Source: Clostridia bacterium
GTDB lineage: Bacteria; Bacillota; Clostridia; Christensenellales; CAG-917
Reading direction: 5' to 3'
Assembly (NCBI GenBank): GCA_017553325.1
Contig: JAFZMH010000008.1
Location: forward strand, 180,964 to 244,963
DNA: 64,000 nucleotides
The notes beneath the pieces are model-generated. The model saw nothing but the letters and a program-made list of their open reading frames with translations. It ran no database searches and was not told the DNA's origin. Every line of letters starts with the position of its first letter. The first letter of the stretch is position 1. Of the stretch, positions 26,503 to 36,636 are shown in pieces. The position numbers were made by a program, and so were the translations under genes.

Positions 26503-27861
26503 TTAGAAGTTCAAAATGTCGTTGAGGTTGTCAAAACCTTCTTCGAGCGTCACGATGATGACGCTGTCGCCCTCTTTGATGACGTCTTGACCTGTCGGCG
26601 TGATGAGTTCTTCATCACGAATGATGCCGGCGATGAGAAGGTCGTCTTTCAAGTTGATGCGAAGGTCTTGGAGGGGTACGTCGAAACGGCGGAAATTTTT
26701 GCCCGCTTCAAATTCGAGGATTTCAGTCGTCTCGTCGATTATGTGGAAGAGACGTTTGACGCCGCTTCCTTTCTTGTTACCCATAAGTCGCACGAATCTC
26801 ACGATTTGGTCGGCGGCCGAGGTCTTTGTGGAGACAACGCTGTAAATTCCGCTCTTTTGCAGGATGTCGTGATAACTGAGTTGGTCGATTTTTGTGATGA
26901 CTTTCGGCACGTTTCTCGAGGACGCGAACATACTCATTATGATATTCTGTTCGTCGATATTGCCGAGGGTGACGAAAGCGTCGCAAGAGTCTATGCCCTC
27001 GTCGATGAGCAAGCTTTGATCCGTGCCGTCGCCGATGATGACTTCCGTGTGATTGAGGTCTTCGCTCAAGAAGGTGGCTCTCGCCTTGTCCTTTTCGATG
27101 AGTTTGGTGGAGATGCCCGCCTTTGCTATCTCGTTGCAGAGATATCTGGCCGTCGTCGAACCGCCCACGATGAGAACGTTCTTTGCCTGCTTGTTCCAGC
27201 CGAGTTCCTTGAAGAAGGAGGAAATATTCTTCGTCGTCGCGGTGAGGAAGAGTCTGTCGTCCACCTGAATGACGAAATTGCCGTCGGGGATGATAGCCTT
27301 GCCGTTTCTTTGCGCGGCGCAGATAAGAATTTTCGACTTGAACGTGTCTTTCAGATTTTTGAGGACGAGCCCTTGAAGTTTTGAACCTTCCTCGACTCTG
27401 AATTCAATAAGTTCGACTTTGCCTTCCGAGAACTGGTCGACTTTGATTGCGGAAGGGAAGCGAAGCATACGACTGATTTCTCTCGCCGCTTCCTGTTGCG
27501 GGTTGACCATCATGTTGAGCCCGAGTTCGCTGTCGTCGGAGAAGAGGTCGGCGTAGACCGCTTGAGAAGTACGGGCAATCGTCTTTTTGACGCCGAGCTT
27601 CTTTGCGATGATACAGCAGAGAATGTTCATCTCGTCTCTGTTGGTCGCGGCAATGAAAAGATCCGCGGACGCTACGCCCGCTTCGTACAACACGTCGTTG
27701 CTTGCTCCGTTTCCGACCACGCCTTTGACGTCGTAGTTGTTGACGGAATTTTCAACTTTTAGAGCGTCTCTGTCGATCACGACGACGTTGTGTCCCTCTT
27801 CGGTGAGTTCTTTGACCAGCGTCATTCCGACCGAGCCGAGCCCTGTGATAATAATATCCAT
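26503..27861 (-). CDS. trkA: Trk system potassium uptake protein TrkA (two RCK/NAD-binding modules)
   Basis: MDIIITGLGSVGMTLVKEL and a second VLIVGGSTTARYL Rossmann motif are present. It lies adjacent to trkH. Confidence 0.92.
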   Translation of the reverse strand: MDIIITGLGSVGMTLVKELTEEGHNVVVIDRDALKVENSVNNYDVKGVVGNGASNDVLYEAGVASADLFIAATNRDEMNILCCIIAKKLGVKKTIARTSQAVYADLFSDDSELGLNMMVNPQQEAAREISRMLRFPSAIKVDQFSEGKVELIEFRVEEGSKLQGLVLKNLKDTFKSKILICAAQRNGKAIIPDGNFVIQVDDRLFLTATTKNISSFFKELGWNKQAKNVLIVGGSTTARYLCNEIAKAGISTKLIEKDKARATFLSEDLNHTEVIIGDGTDQSLLIDEGIDSCDAFVTLGNIDEQNIIMSMFASSRNVPKVITKIDQLSYHDILQKSGIYSVVSTKTSAADQIVRFVRLMGNKKGSGVKRLFHIIDETTEILEFEAGKNFRRFDVPLQDLRINLKDDLLIAGIIRDEELITPTGQDVIKEGDSVIIVTLEEGFDNLNDILNF

Positions 27862-28162
27862 ATAGCCTCATTGCAAATTTGATGTGGCAATTATAGCACT
27901 TTTTTTCGATTTGTACAACTAAATTTTATATCAAGCGTGTGCGCACCGCATTATGCACGTGCGAAATTTAGAATAGTACGGCGCAAAAATACGCAATAAT
28001 TTGCCGCGCAAGCCGCAAACTATTACAATAAACGCCTAAAATTAGAATAATTTTAGATATTTTGGCATTAAAGGAAAGAGATTATTGACAATCGCAAAAA
28101 ATCATAATAAAATATGGTTGTCGAAAATATTCGTATAACAATTTTTGTTATGAGGTGAAAAT

Positions 28163-29053
28163 ATGCTACTTGATTTGCTTGATGAAGAGGCAAACGAAGT
28201 CGCGGCGGAAGCGGCGGAGACTCCAACCGCTCAAAACTTTTTTGAAGCGTTTTTGGAGGATGTGAGAGCGTTCTTTACGAGAGCGGGGCTCAATATCGTA
28301 ATCGGACTTCTCATAATCATTGTCGGTCTTATAATCTGCAAGATTATAAAGGTCGTCATCACGCGCATTATGCGCAGGACCAAAAAGGACGAGGCAGTCG
28401 TCCACTTTGTCGCGTCACTGGTTGACATAGTGTTGAAGGTCTGCGTGCTCGTCGCGGCGCTTGCAACGATGGGCGTCAATACTGCGTCGATAATCACAGT
28501 GCTCGGCACTTGCGGTGTTGCAATCGGTCTCGCGCTCAAAGACAGCCTTGGCAACGTTGCGGGCGGGATGATGATAATTGTCAACAAGCCTTTCAAAAAG
28601 GGCGATTATATCAGCGGCGCAGGGCAAGAGGGTATTGTGCAGACAATCAACCTTTTCAACACCGTGCTTCTGTCGCTCGACAACAAGGAAATCGTCATTC
28701 CAAACGGCTTGCTCTCAAATTCAAATATTGTCAACTTCTCGGCAATGCCAACTCGTAGAGTTGACATAGATGTCAATGTCGCGGTGGACACCGACCTTGT
28801 CAAGGCGCAAAACGCAATCTTGTCCGTCTGCGGTGCGCACGCCAAGGTTCACAGCGACCCGGAGCCATTCTGCCGTATGAACAGGGTGGAAAACGGCGCA
28901 ATCATCATCACCATCCGTGCATGGTGTGATACATCAGAATATTGGGGAGTCTATTTTGACCTTCAAGAGCAAATCCGCGAGAAATTTATTCAACTCGGAA
29001 TTGTTGTGCCGTATCCGCAACTCGAAATTCACGTTGAAAACCGCACGGATTGA
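28163..29053 (+). CDS. mscS: Small-conductance mechanosensitive channel (MscS family)
   Basis: TM helices are followed by LKDSLGNVAGGMMIIVNKPFKKGDYI..G.V..I.L..T, a typical MscS beta-domain. Confidence 0.88.
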   Translation: MLLDLLDEEANEVAAEAAETPTAQNFFEAFLEDVRAFFTRAGLNIVIGLLIIIVGLIICKIIKVVITRIMRRTKKDEAVVHFVASLVDIVLKVCVLVAALATMGVNTASIITVLGTCGVAIGLALKDSLGNVAGGMMIIVNKPFKKGDYISGAGQEGIVQTINLFNTVLLSLDNKEIVIPNGLLSNSNIVNFSAMPTRRVDIDVNVAVDTDLVKAQNAILSVCGAHAKVHSDPEPFCRMNRVENGAIIITIRAWCDTSEYWGVYFDLQEQIREKFIQLGIVVPYPQLEIHVENRTD

Positions 29054-29161
29054 GCGACTTGCGGTGTCAGAGGCACTTTTGCCGTCGGTTGCGTACGTCT
29101 TTGTACGCGCGCTCCGTCAAAAACACCTCTTCCTTGCATCTCATCTCAACCGCACGGTTTT
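29037..29161 (+). repeat. Stop-codon-anchored palindromic element, copy C
   Basis: AAAACCGCACGGATTGAG | CGACTTGCGGTGTCAG | ..GCGTACgtctttGTACGC.. | CTTCCTTGCATCTCAT | CTCAACCGCACGGTTTT. The left arm covers the last 14 coding nt of mscS (29037-29050) and its TGA (29051-53). Confidence 0.7.
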
Positions 29162-29212
29162 GAGTCACTTATTTTGAGCAGTTGTGAAATTCTATTATAA
29201 AAAAGGTAAATT

Positions 29213-29506
29213 ATGTTAACCAGCAGTGAAAGAGCCAAGCTCAAATCTATTGCGCAAAACTTAAGTCCAATATTCCAGATTGGAAAGAACGGCGTAGGGG
29301 ACAATCAAGTGAATGACATACTTGATGCACTTAGCGCGCACGAACTCATCAAAATATCTGTGCTTAGAGGTGCGGAAACGCCCACAAAACTCATTTTGGA
29401 CGAAGTGTGCGAGCGCACAGGTGCAGAGCCAGTGCAAGCCATCGGCAACAAGATTGTCATCTACAAACGTAGCAACAAAGAAGGAATTGAACACGTCCTC
29501 GATTGA
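29213..29506 (+). CDS. yhbY: YhbY/CRM-domain RNA-binding protein
   Basis: LTSSERAKLKSIAQNLSPIFQIGKNGVGDNQVNDILDALSAHELIKISVL matches the YhbY family pattern. Confidence 0.88.
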   Translation: MLTSSERAKLKSIAQNLSPIFQIGKNGVGDNQVNDILDALSAHELIKISVLRGAETPTKLILDEVCERTGAEPVQAIGNKIVIYKRSNKEGIEHVLD

Positions 29507-29669
29507 GCCATGTTGTATGTGCCAATAAATTGTGGCACATGACATGTATGCCTCAATCTCGTCGTTTCTTCGCGCAAATGATCGTGTGCTAAACTTTAAG
29601 AGAGATTGCAAGTCAAACAATGTTTCGCACCAATCCTTTGCTTGATTTGTAAGCGGAATAATACAAATT

Positions 29670-29852
29670 ATGGATTTTGAAAAGGCAAAACTAACACCAA
29701 TCAATGAGCCGAAGCCCAAAAAGGACGAAACCCCTGCCGAGAAAGCCGCGAGGGAAGAGCTCAAGCGCGCTCGTCAGCAAACTCAAAACTTTAAGCAAAA
29801 GTATTTTGAGTTATATGATGATGTAAAAATTAACCATAGAGAGGATTGGTGA
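29670..29852 (+). CDS. Hypothetical 60-aa Lys/Glu-rich protein (weak call)
   Basis: The ORF has no visible SD. It is followed by the hairpin GGATTGGTGA-N10-TCACCAATCC (29843-29872) and a terminator. It may be non-coding. Confidence 0.3.
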   Translation: MDFEKAKLTPINEPKPKKDETPAEKAAREELKRARQQTQNFKQKYFELYDDVKINHREDW

Positions 29853-29896
29853 GCGCGAAGCGGTCACCAATCCGCATGTTTGTTTTATCTATAAAA

Positions 29897-29925
29897 TAAA
29901 AACCGACTCAAACGAGTCGGTTTTT
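29897..29925. terminator. Bidirectional terminator
   Basis: AAAAACCGACTC-aaac-GAGTCGGTTTTT. Confidence 0.88.
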
Positions 29926-29940
29926 AATATGGATTTAAAA

Positions 29941-31386
29941 TTATTCTTTTTCTTTTGGCTCGGCAGATTTAATAACTCTTGGTCTATACCTAAGCGCCTG
30001 CACAATGAAGTAAATGGCAATGGCGAGTCCTACTGCGCCGACGATGCCGAGCAAGCACCACCAAAGCGCGGGGGAGACGCCGTTGCCGGATTTGGCGCGT
30101 TGCCACATACCGACGAGTGCTTCTCCGCGTGTTCCGAAGTCGCGCATGACGCCGAGACTTTCGTTGATTTCGGGGTATCTGCCTTCGTCTTCAAAGTATT
30201 CGTCCGTGTCATACTCGTTTTCTTCGAGGATGGCGAGGACGTCCTCGTCCGCCATAAGTTTGTCCTTTGCGACAGCGCAGGTATAGCCGATTTCCATAGA
30301 GTTGCTGATTGCCGACGTGGGCTGGCACATAAACTCGATGAACATCATAGCGGCGAGTTTGTTGTTGACGGATTTGGGGATGCACCAGCCGTCATACCAA
30401 ATGTTGCTGCCGATTTCAGGGACGTAGTAGCCGAGGAGATATTCGTCCGTGTCCTCGTCGTAGCTTTCTTCGACGGCCCAAAGCGCGTCGCCTGACCACG
30501 CGAAGTCAGCATAGACGATTTCGTTGAGCATATCGTCCTTGCCGAAGTCGACTTCGTAGCCGGAGATGTGGTCGCGTTGTTCTGTGAGCACCTTCTCGGA
30601 GGCCTTGAGCATTGCGTCGTCCGTGCAGTTGATAAGATCTCCGATTGAGTAGTTTTGATAGCCGTCGGGGAGTAAGTCGTATTCCTTCATATAGAGCACG
30701 GAGGCGGCGTAGGTGTCGCGGACGCTGTCCTTCATAAGTATCTTGTTTTCGAGGTCCTCGTTTTGCTGAACGTTCCAGAGCACGCCCCAGCCGTATTCTT
30801 CGAGTTCTTCTTCGGATACAACGTTTACGTTGTAAAGTATGCCGAGAGTGCCCCACATATACGGCGTCATAAAATCGGTGTATGGTTTGCCGTCCTTTGA
30901 TTTGACCTCGCTGAACGTGTCTGATATGACGTCCATAACCTCGGCGTCAATGTTGCCCCAGTTTGCATTCAAAGAGGACATACCCGAAAACTCAAAGTCA
31001 ATATCGTCGAGCGTGCCGTCGTTTTGGAGTTCTGCGTACACGTCCTTTTGGCTGAGCAGGCAGTCCGCAAGCAAGAGTTTTTCAATGGCGTAGTCGCTCG
31101 GGCAGATGAGGTCGACGTTTGCGTCGCCTTTTAAGACCTTCGTCATCATCGTTTCGTTGGTGTCGTAAGTGGTGTAGGTGATGTCAAGGCTTCTGCCCGT
31201 TGTAGCCTTGTAGAGTTCGGTAAATTCGTCGAGGAGGGAAGAGTCGATATAGTCCTCCCAGTTGTAGATGACGAGTTTGTCCGTTCCGCTCGCACCGTCT
31301 TCCGACTTGTTGCAGGCGGAGAGAAGCGGAAGGAGTAGGCAGGCGATTATTGCGATAACGAGAATGAGTTTCAATGACTTTTTCAT
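29941..31386 (-). CDS. potD: Spermidine/putrescine ABC transporter substrate-binding lipoprotein with C-terminal TM tail
   Basis: The lipobox is LLSAC. The PotD-like body has VIYNWEDYID and ICPSDY. It sits in an operon with potABC. A C-terminal hydrophobic helix reads LWWCLLGIVGAVGLAIAIYFIV. Confidence 0.85.
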   Translation of the reverse strand: MKKSLKLILVIAIIACLLLPLLSACNKSEDGASGTDKLVIYNWEDYIDSSLLDEFTELYKATTGRSLDITYTTYDTNETMMTKVLKGDANVDLICPSDYAIEKLLLADCLLSQKDVYAELQNDGTLDDIDFEFSGMSSLNANWGNIDAEVMDVISDTFSEVKSKDGKPYTDFMTPYMWGTLGILYNVNVVSEEELEEYGWGVLWNVQQNEDLENKILMKDSVRDTYAASVLYMKEYDLLPDGYQNYSIGDLINCTDDAMLKASEKVLTEQRDHISGYEVDFGKDDMLNEIVYADFAWSGDALWAVEESYDEDTDEYLLGYYVPEIGSNIWYDGWCIPKSVNNKLAAMMFIEFMCQPTSAISNSMEIGYTCAVAKDKLMADEDVLAILEENEYDTDEYFEDEGRYPEINESLGVMRDFGTRGEALVGMWQRAKSGNGVSPALWWCLLGIVGAVGLAIAIYFIVQALRYRPRVIKSAEPKEKE

Positions 31387-32207
31387 TATTTCGCCTCCTT
31401 TTCCTTTGCTTTCGCCTTGCTGACCTTGTAAATATTCGTGCCGAATACCGTCGCGAGGATGATTATAAAGATGATGCTGAATATCGCGTACCAGAAGGGT
31501 TCAAGCCCTTGAACGCGCGCGTCCGAATAGATGTAGGTGGACAGCGTGTTAATGCCGGTTGCGGCGCCTTTGTTGATTTGGGTGATGATGAAGTCGTCCA
31601 TCGACATCAAAAACGCCATCACGAAACCGCTGAAAATGCCGGGGGTGATGATGGGAATCATAACCTTGGTCATTGCTTTCATCGGGTTTGCGCCGAGGTC
31701 GAGCGCCGCCTCGTAGATGTTCGGGTCCATAGACTCTAGTTTGGGGAGTACGGAGAGCACGACGTACGGAGTGCAGAACGCTATGTGCGCGATGATGAGT
31801 CTCAAATAACCTTCGGGGAACGCGAACGTGACGAAGAATATCATAAGAGACACAGCCATGACGATTTCACTGTTGATAATCGGGAACTGGTTGACGTTTT
31901 CGACGATTCTTCTCGTGCGTCTGCCGAGGTTGAAGATGCCGATTGACGCAAACGTACCCATTACCGTTGCGACCACGGACGCGATTGCCGCAATCAAGAA
32001 CGTGTTGCCGATTGCCGCCCACAGTTCGGGCGATTTGTCCGACGTGAATATCGCTCTGTACGCCTCGAACGTGAAACCTTGACTGAAATTGAAGTTGGAA
32101 CTGTTGGAGAAAGAATACACGATGAGCAGTACGATAGGAGCGTACAGTATGACAAGAATTACAAGCAGATAAAACTTCTCGAAAAAGTTTCTGATTTTCT
32201 TCACCAT
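31386..32207 (-). CDS. potC: Polyamine ABC transporter permease
   Basis: A 6-TM permease with the EAA loop YEAALDLGANPMKAMTKVMIP. It shows TAATG overlap with potD. Confidence 0.9.
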   Translation of the reverse strand: MVKKIRNFFEKFYLLVILVILYAPIVLLIVYSFSNSSNFNFSQGFTFEAYRAIFTSDKSPELWAAIGNTFLIAAIASVVATVMGTFASIGIFNLGRRTRRIVENVNQFPIINSEIVMAVSLMIFFVTFAFPEGYLRLIIAHIAFCTPYVVLSVLPKLESMDPNIYEAALDLGANPMKAMTKVMIPIITPGIFSGFVMAFLMSMDDFIITQINKGAATGINTLSTYIYSDARVQGLEPFWYAIFSIIFIIILATVFGTNIYKVSKAKAKEKEAK

Positions 32208-33001
32208 AACGACCTCCTTACCGCATTCGCATTGCTGTTGAACGCGTTCATAATAAGGTTGGAAATAAGCACGAATGCAAGCATGACGAGGGACATAATA
32301 GAGCCAACGCCGTACAGTCCTTGCTCAAAACTCAGTTGGATAGAATCACCGAAAAGGAAGATTTTTCCGTTTGAGAGGAGTTGTGAAATCGCATACGTCG
32401 AGATGGTTGGAATAAACACCATAGTGATACCGCTGATGATACCGCTCGTCGAGAGGGGAAGCGTCGTCTTCAAAAATACCGTCGCCTTTGACGCGCCGAG
32501 GTCCTGCGCCGCTTCCGCATAGCACTTGTCTATGGACGATATCGTCGTGTGAAGCGGGAGTATCATAAACGGCAGATAGTTGTAGACCATGCCAAACAGC
32601 ACCGTGCCCATGCCGAGTTCCACGCCGATTGCGATGAAGATTGCTTTGGTCGCGAGCGTGCGGATGAGGAAGTTGACGAACATCGGCAGTATGTAGAGGA
32701 GCACGAGTATTCGTCCGCTTGACATCTTGGAGCAGAAATACGCCACGGGGTAGCCTATGATGAGGCAGAACGCCGTGGTAATCACGCCCACAAGCAACGA
32801 GTTGCCGAGTACAATCAAATTCGCGCGAGAAGTGAAGAAAGTCTTGAAATTCTCGAGCGTGAGATTGTTGTCGCTATCAAGGAACGCGTTGACCAGTATC
32901 AACACGAGCGGGATGACGACAAAAAGCAACAAAAAGAGGATGTAAGGCACGCTAAACACCTTTTTTGTCAGCCTTAGTTTTTTGAACTTGATTTTTGCCA
33001 C
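32201..33001 (-). CDS. potB: Polyamine ABC transporter permease
   Basis: The EAA loop is YAEAAQDLGASKATVFLKTTLP. It overlaps potC by 7 nt. Confidence 0.9.
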   Translation of the reverse strand: MAKIKFKKLRLTKKVFSVPYILFLLLFVVIPLVLILVNAFLDSDNNLTLENFKTFFTSRANLIVLGNSLLVGVITTAFCLIIGYPVAYFCSKMSSGRILVLLYILPMFVNFLIRTLATKAIFIAIGVELGMGTVLFGMVYNYLPFMILPLHTTISSIDKCYAEAAQDLGASKATVFLKTTLPLSTSGIISGITMVFIPTISTYAISQLLSNGKIFLFGDSIQLSFEQGLYGVGSIMSLVMLAFVLISNLIMNAFNSNANAVRRSLW

Positions 33002-33003
33002 TC

Positions 33004-34626
33004 TTATTCGCCCTCCTTTTCAGATTCTTCGGAAAGGAGAGGAGCGGACTCAGCCTCGACGAGGATTTCTTCCACTGCGTCGAACTCTTCGGGTTCTTGC
33101 TCGCGAATTTCCTCGATGTAGGCTTGTTCCTCTGCGGTCAAAGTTTCGTCCACGACGACGTGCTCTTGCACGACCTCGTTTACGTCGCGTTTTTCGATGA
33201 GAATTTTGTCCGGCGCAATCTTTATGCCGACGCGGTCTCCTTTGAACCAGTCGTAGTCCGTGTCCGCAAAGAAATTGTAGTGGTCGTCCGTTGACAAAAT
33301 CGCCTGATAATAACTGCCCTTATAGATGGACGATACGACGGTTGCGGAGATGACGCCGTCGTTCTCGTCGTCCGTGATTTCCACGTCGTCGAAGTCGATG
33401 GAAACGCGAACGGGGGTGTCGACGGGAAGGTCTGTCTTGCACTCGAAGTCCGCTCCGCAAATCTCTACGAGATTTTCACCCGTGATGACGGTGTCGAGTT
33501 CGTTCATAAGGCGAGTCTTGTGCATGATGTGAAGGTCGAACGGCTTGATGTAGAGTCCGACGGTTTCGCCGACCTCGTAGTTGTTTGTGTCGTGCGCCAT
33601 AAGTTCGTTGCCGCTCGCAAGCAAGGTGATTTGATAGTGGTCGCCCTTGAACACCGACGAGATGACCTCTGCGGTGATGAGCGTCTTTTTGTCGTCCACA
33701 GCCTTGATTTTGAGATCCTCGGGGCGGATGATGACGTCAATCGGCTCGTTCTTTTTGAAGCCCTTGTCCACGCAGTCGAAGACGTGGTCGCAAAATTCGA
33801 CTTTGCAATCGTCGAGCATGACGCCGGAGAGAATCGTGCTTTCGCCGATGAAGTCCGCAACGAAAGCGTTTGCAGGCTCGTCGTAGACCTTTTCCGGCGA
33901 CGCGATTTGTTGAATCTCGCCGTATCTCATGACGACGATCTTGTCGCTCATCGTGAGCGCTTCTTCTTGGTCGTGCGTGACGTAGATGAAGGTTATGCCG
34001 AGACGCTTGTGCATATCCATAAGTTCGAGTTGCATATCCTTTCTCATCTTGAGGTCGAGTGCGCCGAGAGGTTCGTCAAGGAGAAGAACTTCCGGTTCGT
34101 TAACGAGAGCGCGCGCGATAGCGACGCGTTGTTGTTGTCCGCCGGAGAGGGAGGACACGTTTCTGTGACCGTAGTCCTCGAGGTCGACGAGTTTCAAGAA
34201 GCGGTTGACTTTCTCTTTGATTTCCGCCTTTGTGTATTTTCTGAAAAGTTGAATGGTTTCGCCCTTCTTGTTGACTTTCGTTCCGTTGGGGATGACTTTG
34301 AGTTTCAACCCGAACGCGATATTGTTGAACACGTTGAGGTGGGGGAACAGTGCGTATCTTTGGAATACGGTGTTGACGGGGCGGAGGTGCGGCGGGACGT
34401 TGGTGATGTCCTTGCCGTTGAATATGATTTTTCCGCTCGTGGGCATTTCAAAGCCGGCTATCATACGAAGAGTGGTGGTTTTGCCGCAACCGCTCGGACC
34501 GAGCAGGGTGACAAACTCGCCGCGCTTTATGGTGAGACTTGCGTTTTTGACCGCGTCTTTGCCGTCGTACGTCTTGTAGACGTTGCGAAGTTCAATAATG
34601 TTGTCAACGGGTGTGATGTTTTTCAT
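33004..34626 (-). CDS. potA: Polyamine ABC transporter ATPase with extended C-terminus
   Basis: Contains [24 protein letters not shown] and the PotA-type FVADFIGES. It is 540 aa, with two successive TOBE-like segments and an acidic tail. Confidence 0.9.
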   Translation of the reverse strand: MKNITPVDNIIELRNVYKTYDGKDAVKNASLTIKRGEFVTLLGPSGCGKTTTLRMIAGFEMPTSGKIIFNGKDITNVPPHLRPVNTVFQRYALFPHLNVFNNIAFGLKLKVIPNGTKVNKKGETIQLFRKYTKAEIKEKVNRFLKLVDLEDYGHRNVSSLSGGQQQRVAIARALVNEPEVLLLDEPLGALDLKMRKDMQLELMDMHKRLGITFIYVTHDQEEALTMSDKIVVMRYGEIQQIASPEKVYDEPANAFVADFIGESTILSGVMLDDCKVEFCDHVFDCVDKGFKKNEPIDVIIRPEDLKIKAVDDKKTLITAEVISSVFKGDHYQITLLASGNELMAHDTNNYEVGETVGLYIKPFDLHIMHKTRLMNELDTVITGENLVEICGADFECKTDLPVDTPVRVSIDFDDVEITDDENDGVISATVVSSIYKGSYYQAILSTDDHYNFFADTDYDWFKGDRVGIKIAPDKILIEKRDVNEVVQEHVVVDETLTAEEQAYIEEIREQEPEEFDAVEEILVEAESAPLLSEESEKEGE

Positions 34627-34674
34627 AGGCGTTTCCTTTTTTGATTTTCTATGCGTATGTTATTTTATATTTAA

Positions 34675-35208
34675 TTAAAAGGTTGGTGGAGCTGCAATCC
34701 ACAACACTACCACTTTCTCATTCGTGCGGTTTTCGAGGTGGTGTGGTTTTTCGGAGGAGTAATAAAACACCTCGCCTTTTTTCACGTTGTAGGCAGATTT
34801 GCCGAGGTGGAGAGTGAGACTGCCTTTTAGCACATAGCCAAATTCCTCGCCCTCGTGCGGAACGTCCTCTTCGAGAGAGGAGTGAGGTTCTATCGTGACG
34901 AGAATCGGCTCCATCTCATTCTTTTGCGCGTTTGGAACGAGCCATTCAATCTTGTGCGTCGGGGCGAGTTTTTCAATAAATTCCGCCTCGGTGAACACGA
35001 CTTGCTCCTCGTTTTCATCGCGGAAAAACTCGGCAAATGTCGTGCCGAGCGCCTTCAAGATGTCTTCAAGCGTTGCGATAGAAGGGGAAGTAAGTTCGTT
35101 TTCAAGTTGCGAGATATAGCCCTTTGTGAGTTCGCATCTGTCCGCGAGTTCCTCTTGGGTGAGATTTTTTTGAAGTCTCAACCTTTTGATTTTGATGCCG
35201 AGTTCCAT
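34675..35208 (-). CDS. XRE-HTH plus cupin domain transcriptional regulator
   Basis: The HTH is IKRLRLQKNLTQEELADRCELTKGYISQLEN. The C-terminal cupin has GEEFGYVLKG..L. The start was trimmed to ATG 35208. Confidence 0.85.
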   Translation of the reverse strand: MELGIKIKRLRLQKNLTQEELADRCELTKGYISQLENELTSPSIATLEDILKALGTTFAEFFRDENEEQVVFTEAEFIEKLAPTHKIEWLVPNAQKNEMEPILVTIEPHSSLEEDVPHEGEEFGYVLKGSLTLHLGKSAYNVKKGEVFYYSSEKPHHLENRTNEKVVVLWIAAPPTF

Positions 35209-35249
35209 ACTCTCTCCAAAACACATATCGTGTTGTATGTTTAACTTGT

Positions 35250-35335
35250 CTAAACTTTCGGCTCGGTTTAGCAAAAATCAACGCTTCGTTTAGCAAGTTT
35301 CGCAATTTTAATCTCGAAGTTTAGCAAAACTAAAC
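35250..35335. promoter_or_regulatory. Cluster of GTTTAG/CTAAAC motifs upstream of the HTH-cupin regulator and pot operon
   Basis: CTAAAC occurs at 35250-55. GTTTAGCAA occurs at 35266-74, 35288-96 and 35319-27. CTAAAC at 35330-35 forms GTTTAGcaaaaCTAAAC. Confidence 0.5.
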
Positions 35336-35530
35336 TTAATTTATAGTTGCATTATATAAATTTGAAAGAACAATGTCAAACATATTCCATTATATTTTTA
35401 AAAAAATAATTCACAATAATTTCTTACGTTTTGTTTAGAAATTTGCACTTGGAAATAAATGGTGCTATAATATGCTTGATTTGAGCAAAACTCAAAGATA
35501 CGGGGCGGAATTCCGTCCCAAGGAGGCAAT

Positions 35531-36616
35531 ATGAAAAGAAAAATCTTGATGGCAAGTTTGGCGGCGGTTTTGGTGCTTACGATGTGCCTCGCAGTGTTTG
35601 TGGCTTGCAATCCGGAGGACATAACGTCTTTCAGGCTCGACCTGAACGACAAAAACGCGGACTATACGCAAGAGTATAGAGAACTAAACAGCATCGAGTC
35701 CCGCAACATCGTCAAAGTGGTCAACAAAGACCTCTACAAAAACTTCTCGACAGGGCTTCCCAATGCGACGAATATGATTGCGCCAAGCGGAAAGGCGTTT
35801 GCAGGTTGGTATTTTGACAACAAGACCTACGAGGGCACGGAGTTTTCCGAGTACAACTGGAACCGCTTCCAACGCGATGCGGAAGAAGGACAGAAGAAGT
35901 ACGTCCTCTACGCACGCTGGATCCCGCAAGGGCAGAGCGTCATATATTTTGACCTAAACAACAAAGACGCGGATTATACGCAAGCATATCGTGCGTCGCA
36001 CAACAATTTTGACCATCGCACGCCCGAATTTATCGTGACGAGAGACAGCGCGGAAAATCAACTTGCAAAGATGCCACTTTTGCCAAACGTGTCTTTCACA
36101 GTTCCCGCCGACGTCAATTTTGACGACTGGTATTTGGAGGACGGTTCAAAGGCTACGCTTGCAAACTTACTTGCAAAAATAAACGCGGGCGAGGCTCAAA
36201 TCAAGGTCGAAGCGCACTGGGTGGCAAAACCAACGATAAATTATTATTGCTCGTTGCCTGAATCTGATTTTGAAAACGGAAAGTGGTTTGAATTTGCATC
36301 AGGGGCGAAATCAGGCGGCACTGTTTTGAGAGAGTCCTATGCTGATCTCATCGAGGCGCTCCCAACCAAAAGCGACATCGTATATCACAGACTCAACGCG
36401 CCGGAAGAGAAGTATCTTGATTATTCGGGCGAAGAAGCGTTTGCTACGTTTGATTGGGCGATACCCGTCCGCGATGAACACGGTGCGCTCGTTCGCACTA
36501 TCGAACTCACGGAAGACAATTGGAATGAGTATATAGAGAGTTTTGACGCCTATTATCCCGCCGAACTCACAATGGTTTACACCTTGAACCCCAACTACGA
36601 ACCGATAAAAGAATAA
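35531..36616 (+). CDS. Surface lipoprotein with internally duplicated domain (Listeria/Bacteroides-repeat-like)
   Basis: The signal peptide and lipobox read VFVAC. Duplicated blocks are LDLNDKNADYTQEYR / FDLNNKDADYTQAYR and FAGWYFDN / FDDWYLED. An AAGGAGG SD is present. Confidence 0.75.
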   Translation: MKRKILMASLAAVLVLTMCLAVFVACNPEDITSFRLDLNDKNADYTQEYRELNSIESRNIVKVVNKDLYKNFSTGLPNATNMIAPSGKAFAGWYFDNKTYEGTEFSEYNWNRFQRDAEEGQKKYVLYARWIPQGQSVIYFDLNNKDADYTQAYRASHNNFDHRTPEFIVTRDSAENQLAKMPLLPNVSFTVPADVNFDDWYLEDGSKATLANLLAKINAGEAQIKVEAHWVAKPTINYYCSLPESDFENGKWFEFASGAKSGGTVLRESYADLIEALPTKSDIVYHRLNAPEEKYLDYSGEEAFATFDWAIPVRDEHGALVRTIELTEDNWNEYIESFDAYYPAELTMVYTLNPNYEPIKE

Positions 36617-36636
36617 ATGTTTGTTATATATAACAA

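Noticed and set aside
29261-29764. 167-aa minus-strand ORF antisense to yhbY.
   Set aside because: It overlaps a well-supported YhbY gene. It has no RBS or motif.
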